Of a DNA stretch of 64,000 nucleotides, positions 49,785-62,994 are shown one piece after another. The translations under genes were made by a program, and so were the position numbers. Within the stretch, counting starts at the first letter, position 1. Each line of letters starts with the position of its first letter. Source of the DNA: Anaeramoeba ignava BMAN (lineage: Eukaryota > Protista > Anaeramoebae); assembly GCA_028826165.1 (NCBI GenBank), contig JAPDFW010000007.1, positions 34,668-98,667 of the forward strand. Direction: 5' to 3'. Below the pieces are notes generated by a model, which searched no databases, was not told the origin of the DNA, and was given only the letters and a program-made list of their open reading frames with translations.

Positions 49785-52269
49785 TTAATTTTGATTTAAA
49801 TTTTGATTTGAATTTTGATTTGAATTTTCATTTGAATTTTCATTTGAATTTTGATTTTCATTTTGATTTTGATTTTCATTTTCATTTTCATTTTGATTTT
49901 CATTTAAATCTTTTAAATTCTCTTTTGTTAAACGAGCCATTTGCCGAAGATCAGAATCATTTGAATAAATAAGTAATTCACACAAAGTCAAACATTGACC
50001 ATCAATTAAAGCTTGTTTCATATGTTCCATTTGAGAAAGATCCTTCAATTTTGTTAAAGTAAACAATTTAGCGGATCTGTCAATAGTAGTTCTAAAAATA
50101 GAAACAAGATCAGGAATAACTGTTTGGTCCTGTTTAAGACGATGCTCATTTTCAAAAGAGCTGATATTGAAAATGAACTCAACAACATTAACAATAACTG
50201 AAGAAACTGTGCATATTTTAAGAAGTTTAAGAGCAGATTTGATTCCACAGGCAAAAATAGAATCCAAATTGCTGTCATTTTTGGCAAGTTTGGCAAGCAG
50301 TTGAGTCACAAAATAACTCATTGCAATTGATCCTTTTTTGTTTGTTGGTGAGAGAAGTTTCATAAGAGTTGAAACTCCTCCTGTTTGTGAAATTGCTTTT
50401 TGAACTGCTTCAGTTTCCCCTAATCGTGCAAGCACTCCTGCTACAAGAACTAGCACAGATCGTGTAAGCGATGTTGATGATAATATTTGAAGAAGTTGTA
50501 ATGCATGAGAGATTTGGAATATTTCATTCTCAAAATTTTCCATTTCGTGAACTCCCATTATGTAGTTAAATAAAAATCGTGATGCACTGTTTTGAATTGA
50601 TGTTTCAGTGCTTCTTTTTAAAATGAATTTTGGAAGTGTTCTAATTAAAGGTATAAATTCTTCTTGATCCAGAACTTTAATATTTTGTGCTTTTTAATTT
50701 TAATTTTAATATTAATTTTAATTTTAATTTTAATTTTAATATTAATTTTGATTTTATAAATGAATTTTAATTTTAATATTAATTTTAATTTTAATTTTAA
50801 TTTTAATTTTAATTTTAATTTTATAAATGAATTTTAATTTTAATTTTGATTTTAATTTTAATTTTAATTTTAATTTTGATTTTAATTTTAATTTTAATTT
50901 TAATTTTGATTTTAATTTTATAATTTTAATTTTAATATTAATTTTAATTTTAATTTTAATTTTAATATTAATATTGATTTTAATTTAAATTTTAATTTTA
51001 TAATTTTAATTTTAATTTTAATTTTAATTTTAATTTTAATTTTAATTTTATAATTTTAATTTTTAATTTAAATTTTATAAATGAATTTTAATTTTAATTT
51101 TAATTTTAATTTTAATTTTAATTTTATAAATGAATTTTAATTTTAATTTTAATTTTAATTTTGATTTTAATTTTAATTTTAATTTTTAATTTTAATTTTA
51201 ATTTTGATTTGAATTTTGATTTAAATTTTTGATTTTAATTTTGATTTTAATTTTGATTTTAATTTTAATTTTGATTTTAATTTTAATTTTAATTTTGATT
51301 TTAATTTTAATTTTTAATTTTAATTTTGATATTAATTTTTAATTTTAATTTTTAATTTTTAATTTTAATTTTAATTTTAATTTTAATTTTAATTTTAATT
51401 TTAATTTTGATTTTAATTTTAATTTTAATTTTAATTTTGATTTTAATTTTAATTTTAATTTTAATTTTAATTTTATAAATGAATATTAATATTGATATTA
51501 ATTTTAATTTTAATTATTTTAATTTTAATTTTTAATTTTAATTTTGATTTTGATTTTAATTTTAATTTTAATTTTAATTTTAATTTTAATATTAATTTTA
51601 ATTTTAATTTTAATTTTAATTTTAATTTTAATTTTAATTTTAATTTGGATTTCTACGATTTTTATCAGATGTTAAATTCCCCATAAGTTCAAAAGAAAGA
51701 TGTCTCAAAGAATGTCTTTGAGAAATAGCAATAGAAAAAAGCAAACGAAAAATATCAGAATTAGCATGAACAGGGAAATTTTTTTTTGTAGTTTTAATAA
51801 GTAATTCAAAAGATAATTTTTGAACTTGAAGATAAGAAGATTTAAGAAGGTCGAAAAAATACAAAAGAGAATTCCACTGTTGACTAATCAAAGAGGGTTG
51901 AATATCACGACCTTCACGGGAAGCAACGGCCATAACACCATGTAAAGGTTGGTGGTTTTCTTGTGTGGAAATGAGAGTGTGACAAGGATCACACACACGA
52001 TAGTTTTGTGTTTGTCTTCCAACAAGAAATGAGTATGATTTAGTTGCACATGATGAGCACACTAATAATCCACAATATCGGCAATGATGTCTTCGCTTGG
52101 TTTTAGTGAATTTGCTCCAGCAGATCATGCAATTCGTGTATAAATCATCCCGAAGCCAATTTTCTTTAGGTACAATTGTCTCAATAAATGGTGTTAGAAT
52201 TGAATATGATCCTAATGTTTGATAATCATTCGGAATTTTATCATCTAAATATTTTTCTAATTCTGACAT
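49785..52269 (-). CDS. FYVE zinc finger + armadillo-like repeat protein, 505 aa
   Basis: Exons 52269-51657 and 50689-49785 with a phase-1 join. FYVE WLRDD...CMICWSKF...RRHHCRYCGLLVCSSC...RVCDPC; ARM-like AISQTGGVSTLMKLL. Confidence 0.85.
50690..51656 (-). repeat. Satellite-filled intron of the FYVE gene (967 nt), (AAAATT/AAAATC)n on the sense strand
   Basis: GTAGAA donor at 51656 and AAG acceptor at 50690. Confidence 0.82.
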
Positions 52270-52371
52270 TTTTTTAAAAAAAATGAAAAATGAAAAATGA
52301 AAAATGAAAAATGAAAAATGAAAAATGAAAAATGAAAAATGAAAATTGAAAATTGAAAATTTTTGGATTTT

Positions 52372-53580
52372 AATTTATTCCACTTTTTTTAATCAATTTC
52401 AATTTATTCCACTTTTTTTAATCAATTTCAATTTATTCCATTTTTTTTAATCAATTTAAATTTATTTCATTTTTTTTAATTAAATCAATTTATTCCACTT
52501 TTTTTAATCAATTTCAATTTATTCCATTTTTTTTAATTAATTTCAATTTATTTCATTTTTTTTATTCAATTTCAATTTATTTCACTTTTTTTAATCAATT
52601 TAAATTTATTCCACTTTTTTTAATCAATTTAAATTTATTCCACTTTTTTTAATCAATTTCAATTTATTCCATTTTTTTTAATCAATTTAAATTTATTTCA
52701 TTTTTTTTAATCAATTTAAATTTATTTCATTTTTTTTAATTAATTTCAATTTATTCCATTTTTTTAATCAATTTCAATTTATTCCATTTTTTTTAATTAA
52801 TTTCAATTTATTCCATTTTTTTAATCAATTCAATTTATTCCATTTTTTTTAATCAATTTCAATTTATTCCATTTTTTTAATCAATTTAAATTTATTTCAC
52901 TTTTTTTAATCAATTTTAATTTATTTCAATTTATTTAATCAATTTAAATTTATTCCATTTTTTTAATCAATTTTAATTTATTCCAATTTTTTTAATCAAT
53001 TTAAATTTATTCCATTTTTTTAATTAATTTCAATTTATTTCATTTTTTTAATCAATTTAAATTTATTTCATTTTTTTTAATTAATTTTAATTTATTTCAA
53101 TTTTTTTAATTAAATAAATTTATTTCATTTTTTTAATCAATTTTAATTTATTCCACTTTTTTTTAATCAATTTTAATTTATTCCATTTTTTTAATTAATT
53201 TTAATTTATTTCACTTTTTTTAATCAATTTCAATTTATTCCACTTTTTTTTAATCGATATCAATTTATTTCATTTTTTTAATTAATTTCAATTTATTTCA
53301 TTTTTTTTAATCAATTTAAATTTATTTCACTTTTTTTAATTAAATCAATTTATTTCATTTTTTTAATTAATTTTAATTTATTTCACTTTTTTTAATTAAA
53401 TAAATTTATTTCATTTTTTTTAATCAATTTCAATTTATTCCATTTTTTTTAATCAATTCAATTTATTTCATTTTTTTTAATCAATTTAAATTTATTTCAC
53501 TTTTTTTAATCAATTTCAATTTATTCCACTTTTTTTTAATCAATTTCAATTTATTCCATTTTTTTTATTCCATTTTTTTT
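52372..53580 (+). repeat. 28-29 bp minisatellite (AATTTATTCCAyTTTTTTTAATCAATTTC), roughly 40 copies, between divergent FYVE and MLH1 genes
   Basis: The period was read directly, e.g. AATCAATTTC at 52391 and 52420. Confidence 0.9.
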
Positions 53581-53623
53581 ATTTCATTTTTTTAATTTCA
53601 TTTTTTTTATTCATTCACATAAA

Positions 53624-56155
53624 ATGTCACAAAACAAAATTAAATCGATCAAAAAACTCGCAGAAGAAGACATCAAAAAAATAGCAGCTGGAGAACTAAT
53701 CCTCTCTCCAAGCAGTGTAATCAAAGAACTCATCGAAAACTCAATAGATGCAAAGTCATCAAAAATCCAAATAATAACAAAAGACAAAGGAATGAAAACA
53801 ATCAAAATAATCGACAACGGAATAGGAATCCCACAACAAAACTTGGAAACAATCTGCACAAGATTCACAACAAACAAAATCTCCAAAATAGAAGACCTTT
53901 CTCACCTCCAAAGTCTCGGCTTCCGTGGAGAAGCTCTCGCAAGCATAAGCTGCATCTCCCACATAGAAATCATCTCAAAAACCAAAAATCAAAATTGTGC
54001 TTACAAAGCTTCATTCAAAAACGGCAAAATCATCCAACCCCAAAAAGAAACCTCTCCTCCAAAACCAATCCCCTGCGCTGGAAACGATGGCACTCAAGTC
54101 AAAATGGAAGACCTCTTTTACAACTTCAAATCAAGAAAAAACCACGCAATAAAAAACTTAAATTTCAACTACAGAATCGTTCTCTCTTTGATCGCAAAAT
54201 TCTCCATATTTTACTCACATATCAGCTTTACGCTGAGAAAAGAAGGAAAGAAAATCCCAGAATTGAAAACAAACGGCAACTCTTCAACATTTTCAAATAT
54301 CACAAATCTCTACGGAAAAGATCTTTCCAACAACCTCATACACATCCACAAAAACTTCCAAATTGAATCCAAACCCGTCCAAATCAACGCGTACATTTCC
54401 AAAGGAGACACCCCAAAAGTCATCTCCAAAAATTCCAAAATCAAAATTTCCACATTCACCCTTTTTATTAATAATAGACTCATTCTCTCTTCTTCTTTAA
54501 AGCATTCAATTGAAAAAATTTATTCAAATCTTTTCCATTCAAACATCCATCCCTATTCTTTTCTATCCCTGGTTTTACCAACAGAATGGATCGATGTTAA
54601 TATTTGTCCTTCCAAAAGCGAAATCCATTTTTTGTATCAAAAAGAAATTCATTCCAAAATCCAAAACTTCATCCAAGAAATTCTCTTCCAAAACAATTCG
54701 GTAATTCCAAATCAATTTACTCACCAAAACTTAAATCTTCTTCCTTCAAATCAAATGAATGATTTTAAAATTTTTGAAGAAGAGATACATTTGGGAAATG
54801 TTTCAAAATCCAACATTCAAAACCAAAAAAAATTCGAAATTGAATTTTATAGTAAAGAAAATATAAATCAAGAAAATCTACAAAACTCAAATGAAGAAAA
54901 TTTAATTGAAGAAGAGAACTTAGAACAATTAGAACAGCAAAAATCCAATCAACAAAAATCAAATTTGCAAATACAATTTTATAGTCAAGAAAGTCAAAAG
55001 CAAAATCAAAATGAAATCAAAAATCCAAAAAAATTGAAAAAATCGAAAAAATCTTCAAAAAGAAAAATTCAAGAATCTGAACTAAATTTACAATCACACT
55101 CTCAAAACCTTTTTCAAAATTCATCAAATAGCTTCTCAAATAATTCATTATCATCTTTATCATCAAACTCCCTTTCTCAAGGAAATGAATTTATATTCAA
55201 CGATGAAAATGCAAAATTCATGATTGTTAACAAGAAAGAAGAAAATATCACTTTATCTCAACAAAAGAAAAGACATAGAAAATGGAGACCCATTTATTTA
55301 AGAAGTATCCATGAATTAATCGCAGAAATTTCAGAAACAAAACATGAAAATTTAACAAGAATTTTCAAAAATTGTAAATTGATTACAATCATTGATTCTA
55401 AAATGAAAGCTTTAATTCAATATCATACAAAATTATTTCTTATTGATGTTCAAATTCTTTCACAAGAATTCTTTTACCAACAATCAATCAAAAAATTCTC
55501 TAATTTTGGTGTAATTCATTTTCAAAAACCTTTATTTCTTGAAGAACTTCTAAATATTGCATTAACTTATAAATATGATGAAAATCAAAATGAAAATCAA
55601 AACAAAAATGAAATTCAAAATGAAAATGAAAACAAAAATGAAATTCAAAATGAAAATGAAATTAAAATTCAAAATATAAATCAAAATCAAAATATAAATC
55701 AAATCGAAATTCAAAAAATTATCGATTTTCTTTATTCAAAAAGATTAATTCTTTATGATTATTTCAATATCTTAATCACAAAAAACAAAGAAATTTCTTC
55801 AATTCCTTTAATTATCCCAAATTATATTCCTGATTTAACAGAACTCCCATTTTTTTTATTAAATTTATATAAAAACGTTGATTGGATTGAGGAAAAAAAA
55901 TGTTTTCGTTCACTTTCAATTCTAATTGCTCAATTTTATTCAATCAAAAATTTCAATCATAATCATTTTTATCAATTAAAATCTCAACAAATTCTTCTCC
56001 AAAAAAATTCTTCTCAAACAAAATATAAAATGGATTTCCTGAAAAATCGTTTCTTTTCCTTACTTAAATCAGATTTTGTTGCTCCTCATTTTTTTTCTTC
56101 AAATAATTGTTTAAATCAAGTTGCTTCTATTGAATCTTTTCATAATTTATTTTAA
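53624..56155 (+). CDS. MLH1: DNA mismatch repair protein MLH1-like (MutL family), intronless
   Basis: IAAGELI..PSSVIKELIENSIDA, DNGIGI, RFTTNK, GFRGEALASIS, GTQVKMEDLFYN, IDVNICPSKSEIHF; Mlh1_C-type LRSIHEL...ALIQYHTKLFL...QEFFYQ...FSNFG...YIPDLTELPFFLL...VDWIEEKKCF. Confidence 0.9.
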   Translation: MSQNKIKSIKKLAEEDIKKIAAGELILSPSSVIKELIENSIDAKSSKIQIITKDKGMKTIKIIDNGIGIPQQNLETICTRFTTNKISKIEDLSHLQSLGFRGEALASISCISHIEIISKTKNQNCAYKASFKNGKIIQPQKETSPPKPIPCAGNDGTQVKMEDLFYNFKSRKNHAIKNLNFNYRIVLSLIAKFSIFYSHISFTLRKEGKKIPELKTNGNSSTFSNITNLYGKDLSNNLIHIHKNFQIESKPVQINAYISKGDTPKVISKNSKIKISTFTLFINNRLILSSSLKHSIEKIYSNLFHSNIHPYSFLSLVLPTEWIDVNICPSKSEIHFLYQKEIHSKIQNFIQEILFQNNSVIPNQFTHQNLNLLPSNQMNDFKIFEEEIHLGNVSKSNIQNQKKFEIEFYSKENINQENLQNSNEENLIEEENLEQLEQQKSNQQKSNLQIQFYSQESQKQNQNEIKNPKKLKKSKKSSKRKIQESELNLQSHSQNLFQNSSNSFSNNSLSSLSSNSLSQGNEFIFNDENAKFMIVNKKEENITLSQQKKRHRKWRPIYLRSIHELIAEISETKHENLTRIFKNCKLITIIDSKMKALIQYHTKLFLIDVQILSQEFFYQQSIKKFSNFGVIHFQKPLFLEELLNIALTYKYDENQNENQNKNEIQNENENKNEIQNENEIKIQNINQNQNINQIEIQKIIDFLYSKRLILYDYFNILITKNKEISSIPLIIPNYIPDLTELPFFLLNLYKNVDWIEEKKCFRSLSILIAQFYSIKNFNHNHFYQLKSQQILLQKNSSQTKYKMDFLKNRFFSLLKSDFVAPHFFSSNNCLNQVASIESFHNLF

Positions 56156-56164
56156 ATTAAATAT

Positions 56165-58785
56165 CATTAAAAATTAAGAAATGATTTCAAAAAAGGATTT
56201 ATTATTAATATTAAATAAATATTATCAAAAATAAAGAAATAAATTTGAAACAAAAATTAGATAAATATTTAATTTAATTTTTAATTATAATTAATTTATT
56301 ATTTTGCATTAAAATTAATTAAGAAATGATTTTAAAAAGAATTTATTATTAATATTAAATTAATATTATTAAAAATAAAGAAATAAAATTAATTAAAATA
56401 TTTTATTTATTATTTTATTTAATTTTTAATAATAATTTATTTATTATTTTGTAATAAAATTAATTAAGAAATAATTTTAAAAAGAATTTATTATTAATAT
56501 TAAATTAACATTATTAAAAATAAAAGAAATAAATTTAAAACAAAAATTAGATAAATATTTAACTTAATTTTTAATAATAATTTATTTATTATTTTGCAAT
56601 AAAATTAATTAAGAAATGATTTTAAAAAGGATTTATTATTAATATTAAATAAAAATTATTAAAAATAAAGAAATAAATTTGAAACAAATTAGATAAAAAT
56701 TTTATTTAATTTTTAATTATAATTTATTTATTATTTTGTAATAAAATTAATTAAGAAATGACTTTAAAAAGAATTTATTAATAATAATAAATAAATATTA
56801 TTAAAAATAAAGAAATAAAATTGAAACAAAAATTAGATAAATATTTTATTTAATTTTTAATTATAATTTATTTATTATTTTGTAATAAAATTAATTAAGA
56901 AATGACTTTAAAAAGAATTTATTAATAATAATAAATAAATATTATTAAAAATAAAGAAATAAAATTGAAACAAAAATTAGATAAATATTTTATTTAATTT
57001 TTAATAATAATTAACTTATTATTTTGCAATAAAATTAATTAAGAAATGACTTTAAAAAGAATTTATTATTAATATTAAATAAATATTATCAATAATAAAA
57101 GAAATAAATTGAAACAAAAATTAGATAAAAATTTAATTTAATTTTTAATAATAATTTATTTATTATTTTGCAATAAAATTAATTAAGGAATGATTTTAAA
57201 AAGAATTTTATTATTAATATTAAATTAATATTATTAAAAATAAAGAAATAAATTTGATTAAAATATTTTATTTATTATTTTACTTAATTTTTAATTATAA
57301 TTAATTTACTATTTTGCAATAAAATTAATCAAGAAATGATTTCAAAAAGGATTTATTATTAATATTAAATAAATATTATTAAAAATAAAGAAATAAATTT
57401 GAAACAAAAATTAGATACAAATTTAATTTAATTTTTAATAATAATTAATTTATTATTTTGCAATAAAATTAATTAAGAAATGATTTTAAAAAGAATTTAT
57501 TATTAATATTAAATAATTATTATTAAAAATAAAGAAATAAATTTGAAACAAAAATTAGATACAAATTTAATTTAATTTTTAATAATAATTTATTTATTAT
57601 TTTGTAATAAAATTAATTAAGAAATAATTTTAAAAAAGAATTTATTATTAATATTAAATTAAAATTATTAAAAATAAAGAAATAAATTTGAAACAAAAAT
57701 TAGATAAAAATTTAATTTAATTTTTAATAATAATTTATTTATTATTTTGTAATAAAATTAATTAAGAAATGATTTTAAAAAGAATTTATTATTAATATTA
57801 AATTAATATTATTAATAATAAAGAAATAAATTTAAAACAAAAATTAGATAAAAATTTAACTTAATTTTTAATAATAATTTATTTATTATTTTGCAATATA
57901 ATTAATTAAGAAATAATTTTAAAAAGAATTTATTATTAATATTAAATAAATAATATTAAAAATAAAGAAATAAATTTGAAACAAAAATTAGATAAATATT
58001 TAATTTAATTTTTAATAATAATTTATTTATTATTTTGCAATATAATTAATCAAAAATAATTTAAAAAGAATTTATTATTAATATTAAATTAAAATTATTA
58101 ATAATAAAGAAATAAATTTGAAACAAAAATTAAATAAAAATTTAATTTAATTTTTAATAATAATTTATTTATTATTTTGCAATAAAATTAATTAAAAATG
58201 ATTTAAAAAGGATTTATTATTAATATTAAATTAAAATTATTAAAAATAAAGAAATAAAATTAATTAAAATATTTTATTTATTATTTTATTTAATTTTTAA
58301 TAATAATTAATTTATTATTTTGCAATAAAATTAATTAAGAAATGATTTTAAAAGAATTTATTATTAATATTAAATTAATATTATTAATAATAAAAATAAA
58401 TTTGAAACAAAAATTAGATAAAAATTTAATTTAATTTTTAATAATAATTTATTTAATATTTTGTAATAAAATTAATTAAGAAATGATTTTAAAAAGAATT
58501 TATTATTAATATTAAATAAATATTATTAAAAATAAAGAAATAAAATTAATTAAAATATTTCATTTATTATTTTACTTAATTTTTAATAATAATTAATTTA
58601 TTATTTTGCAATAAAATTAATTAAGAAATAATTTTAAAAAGAATTTATTATTAATATTAAATAAATATTATTAAAAATAAAGAAATAAAATTAATTAAAA
58701 TATTTTATTTATTATTTTACTTAATTTTTAATAATAATTTATTTACTATTTTGCAATAAAATTAATTAAGAAATGATTTTAAAAC
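56165..58785 (+). repeat. 144-bp AT-rich minisatellite, about 18 full copies plus a partial one
   Basis: The motif AAGAAATGA recurs at about 56175, 56321, 56465, 56611, 56754, 56898, 57041 and on to 58768. Confidence 0.92.
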
Positions 58786-59315
58786 TTTTATTCATTTTTT
58801 TTCATTTTTTTGTTTTTTTTTTCTAAATTAAAAAATAAAAGAAAAAAGAAAAATCAAATAAAAATTTTAAAAACAAAATTATAAAAAAATAAAGAGAAAA
58901 TGTTAATTAAAATGTAAAATAATTTATTTATATAATTTATAAAAAGAATTTATTATCTAAATTAATTCAAAATTGATTTAAAAATAAATATAAATTTAAA
59001 TCAAAAAAAATAAATTTAATTAATTTTATTTCCAAAAAAAATAAAATAATATTAAATAATTTTAAATAATAATATTTAATTAAATTTAAAGTATAAATTA
59101 TTTTGAAATAAATTAATAATATAAAATATAATTTTATTATTTATTTTCCTTATTAAATAATTAATAAAATAATTTAAACATTTTTAATATAAATTTAATC
59201 AAAAAATTAAATAATAAAAATTAAAATTAAAATGTAAAATAATTTATTTATATAATTTATAAAAAGGATTTATTATCTAAATTAATTCAAAAATGATTTA
59301 AAAATAAATATAAAT

Positions 59316-62300
59316 ATGTTAAAATTAATAATGAAGAAATTAAAATTGAAGAAATATTTAGATATTATTATTAAAGAAAATTTCAAATTTTTTTGCTTCA
59401 AAAAATGATTTGAAATTGATTTTATTCAAGAAATAATTATTAAAACAATTTAGAAAATTGAAGAAGATGATTATTATTCAATAGTAAATTATTTTATTTG
59501 ATTTAAAATTTTTTTAAATTCAAAATCCAAAATAATTTATTTATTTATTTAAAAAAAGGAATAAAATAGAATTTATCAAATAAAAACTCTCAAAATTTTA
59601 TAAAATATTTCCTTATATTCAAAAAAAAATAATTTTGAAAATGAAACTTATTATATTAATTGAATAAAATTATGAAACAAAATTCCCAAATCAAAAAATC
59701 AAAATTGATACATTTTCTACAAAAAGAAATCTAACAATAAATTTCAATTATCAAAACACAAATAATTTAAATTATCAAATTATTTACAAATTGAAATGAA
59801 ATTCAAACAAAATTATAATAAACAAAATAAATATATCCCTTCATAATATTTAAAAGAAATCAAATCAAATTTACATTAATTTTGGTTATGAAAATTTAAT
59901 TACAAAAACAAAAAATATATTAATAAAAGAAAAAGGAAATCAAATTGATAAATATTCAAGTTTTCACCTTTATATTAAATCAAAAAAAAATTTCACCAAT
60001 AACATTATATCTCTTTTCTCAATTCAAAAATAATACAATAAAAAAAATATATATTTCACTTGATAAAATTGATATTAAAACAGAATCTTTGAATAGAAAC
60101 ACAAAGAAAATAGATTGAATCTAATTGAAAAAAAATTTTGAAATCAATAAATCAAATATCAAGATAAAACTAAATATTATTATGGAATATTTTACAGAAG
60201 AAAAAGAAAAAGAAAAAGAACTTAAAATGGATATTTTAAAACAATTCTACATTTCAAAACCAAAAAAAGAATTTAACATAAAACAAACAATAACAAGCTT
60301 ACTGTATTTTCATAATCTATTTATTGATATTATAAAGAAAAACATTTATATTCTCTTTTTAATGTTATTTCTTATTCAAAAAAAAAGAAGAAGAAGAAAT
60401 TTGTGTAATTAAATTAATAACCAAAATATTTCCTTAAAAATCTATAATTAACACATCAAATATTTTATTAATTTTTATTTGTTTATCTTGTTTTTTTGAT
60501 AGATCCTATTACAGAATTCATTTTAATATTTGAACTAAATGAAAAGTATTGATATTTAACATTATTGGATATTTTAAAAAGAAATTTAAAAGAAGAAAGA
60601 AAGAATTTTATTTAATATAGATTTTTCTATTAAGAAAAAATAGAATAACAATTAAGAGATAATCCACAAATTGAAACATTTACAATAAAAAGAAAAGAAA
60701 ATATCTTCTTGATTTCCAAAATATTTCAACACTTATTTGATCTTTTAATATTGAATATACAACAATTTTCATTCATTTCCCTTTCAAAAAACAAACTTTC
60801 TAACTGTTTACATCATTACAGAAATATTTTCTTCCAATTTACTCAATATTTCTCAAATCTCACAATTTTTCAAGATTATTTTATTTGATTTATATTATGA
60901 AAAGAAAGAAGAATTTGAATTATTATTAACAACAAAAATATCTATCTTACATATATTCAACAATTTAATCCATAAACAGAAATACTTATTTCCATTTTTA
61001 TTATTTCAAGAATTTATGAAAATTATTTAAATATCTTCAATTTACTTTTGCATTGGAAACACTTGATACATATATTCAATAACTTAAAATAATAATTTGA
61101 ATATTTATTTATTTCTTGAATCAAAATATCACAAATAAACAATTAACCAAATATTGAAATTATGGAATTTTTTTCCATTTTCTTGAAACTGAAAAAAAAG
61201 ATAAAATCAAAACATATTTCTTGAATATTTTTGAATAAAAAATTACTGATATCAATGAATACTTATTTTCACAAATCTTCACAAAATATTTCTCCTTTTA
61301 TTTCTAAATATCAATTATTCAATACACACAAAAAGAATATTTTCCACAAATATTTTGAAATTGATGATTAATTACAACTTTTTATATTCTAAAACAAAAT
61401 TAACAAAATTCAACAACATTTTTGAATAATTTATATATCCTTTCTTTAGAAATATTTCCAGTTTCCAGAATATTATTTATTTCCATTTCAAAATTATTAT
61501 TCAATTATTTTCTTCAAGAAAAAGAATATTAAATTGAATTGAATTGAAAATACATTTCTTAATAATTTCAATAATATTCACAAATTCTTTATTTATTTCA
61601 AGGAAATATACTTCTATTTAATCTATTCAAAAAAATATAACAGATATAACTCAATTTTATCAATAAATTTAATTTAATTTAATTTAATTTAATTTAATTT
61701 AATTATTACAAAATTATTCTTCATTTCTCCAAAATAATTGATAAAATTACAAAATTCCTAATCATAAATATTTATTAATCATTCCATTTTGAAGAGATTT
61801 CCATTAATATCAAACAAGAAAATTTCTTTTTCAAAAATATTGAATTCAATTTCAAATCCAATTTAAATTCACAAAAAAATTCTAAACAATAACAAGTTAT
61901 TTCTGTTCATTAATCTTAATTATTTAACAACAAAAACAAAAATTATTTATAAATTCTAACTTCTTTTAAAATTGAGAAATTAAATCCTTATTGGAAAAAC
62001 AAAATGAAACATGAAAATAATCTTTCAAAATCCCAAAATCACTTTTAAATTTCAATTCTCTTTACTTAAATATTGGAAAATGATATAAATATCAAAAATT
62101 CTAACTCTTATTTAATTTATTATTTAAATCAATTTAATCAAGAAATATTCAAAATTCTTTTTAAAAACATGATATCTGTTCATTTTACTTAATCCAAAAT
62201 ATAATCCAAAACAAAATTTGATTTCAAAATATTTCCAAATTCACAAAAATATTATAGAGATAAATCAATTATTATATAAATACTCAACAAATCTTCTTTA

Positions 62301-62550
62301 AAATATTTATCTTCAAATTTTGGAAGATTTTATTTAATTCTACTTTTGAATAACTTTGAAAAAAACTATTTATTATTTATTCATTTATTTATTCATTTCT
62401 TTTTTATTCAACAAAATTTCCAAATTTATTTCCTTTATAAACCTCAAACTCAAATCAAAACATTTCCAAAAAAAGAAATATTTCTTGATTTTTTATTACA
62501 AAATATAAAATATTCAAAAATTTTCTTTTTTGTTAATAGAATTAATATTT
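59316..62550 (+). pseudogene. Degenerate coding-like tract with no long ORF; product unidentifiable
   Basis: Non-repetitive, codon-like GAA/AAA/ATT-rich sequence broken by many stops and indels, downstream of a TTCATTTTT pair at about 58791-58810. Confidence 0.4.
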
Positions 62551-62994
62551 AAATTCCAAAAAAAAAATAGATAGAATTGATATTTAAATTCTAAAAAAAA
62601 AATAGATAGAATTGAATTGTTTTGATTTAAAATTATTATTAAATTATTTCCAAAAATAGAAAGAAATTCAATATTTAAATAGATTTAATTTATTTATAAA
62701 TTCTTTTTAAAAATATTTTAATTGATTTTTATTTGGAAAAATAAATAAATTTAGTTAAAAAAATTCAAAATTATGATTAAGAACAATTTTATCAATTTTA
62801 TTTCATTTTTGAAAAAGAAATTAAATAAACAATTTGTTTTGAAATTTATTCAAAACTTAATAAATAAGAAATTTTCTTTTTTAATTTCTTTTTTCTTTTT
62901 TCTTTTTTAATTAAAAAATAAAAAACAAATTTTTCATTTTTTTTCATTTTTTTTTCATAAAAGTAAAACACAAAAGAAATAAAAAGTAATTTAT

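Noticed and set aside
56165-58785. Regularly spaced repeats as a CRISPR array
   Set aside because: Whole 144-bp units repeat with no unique spacers, there are no cas genes, and the context is eukaryotic.
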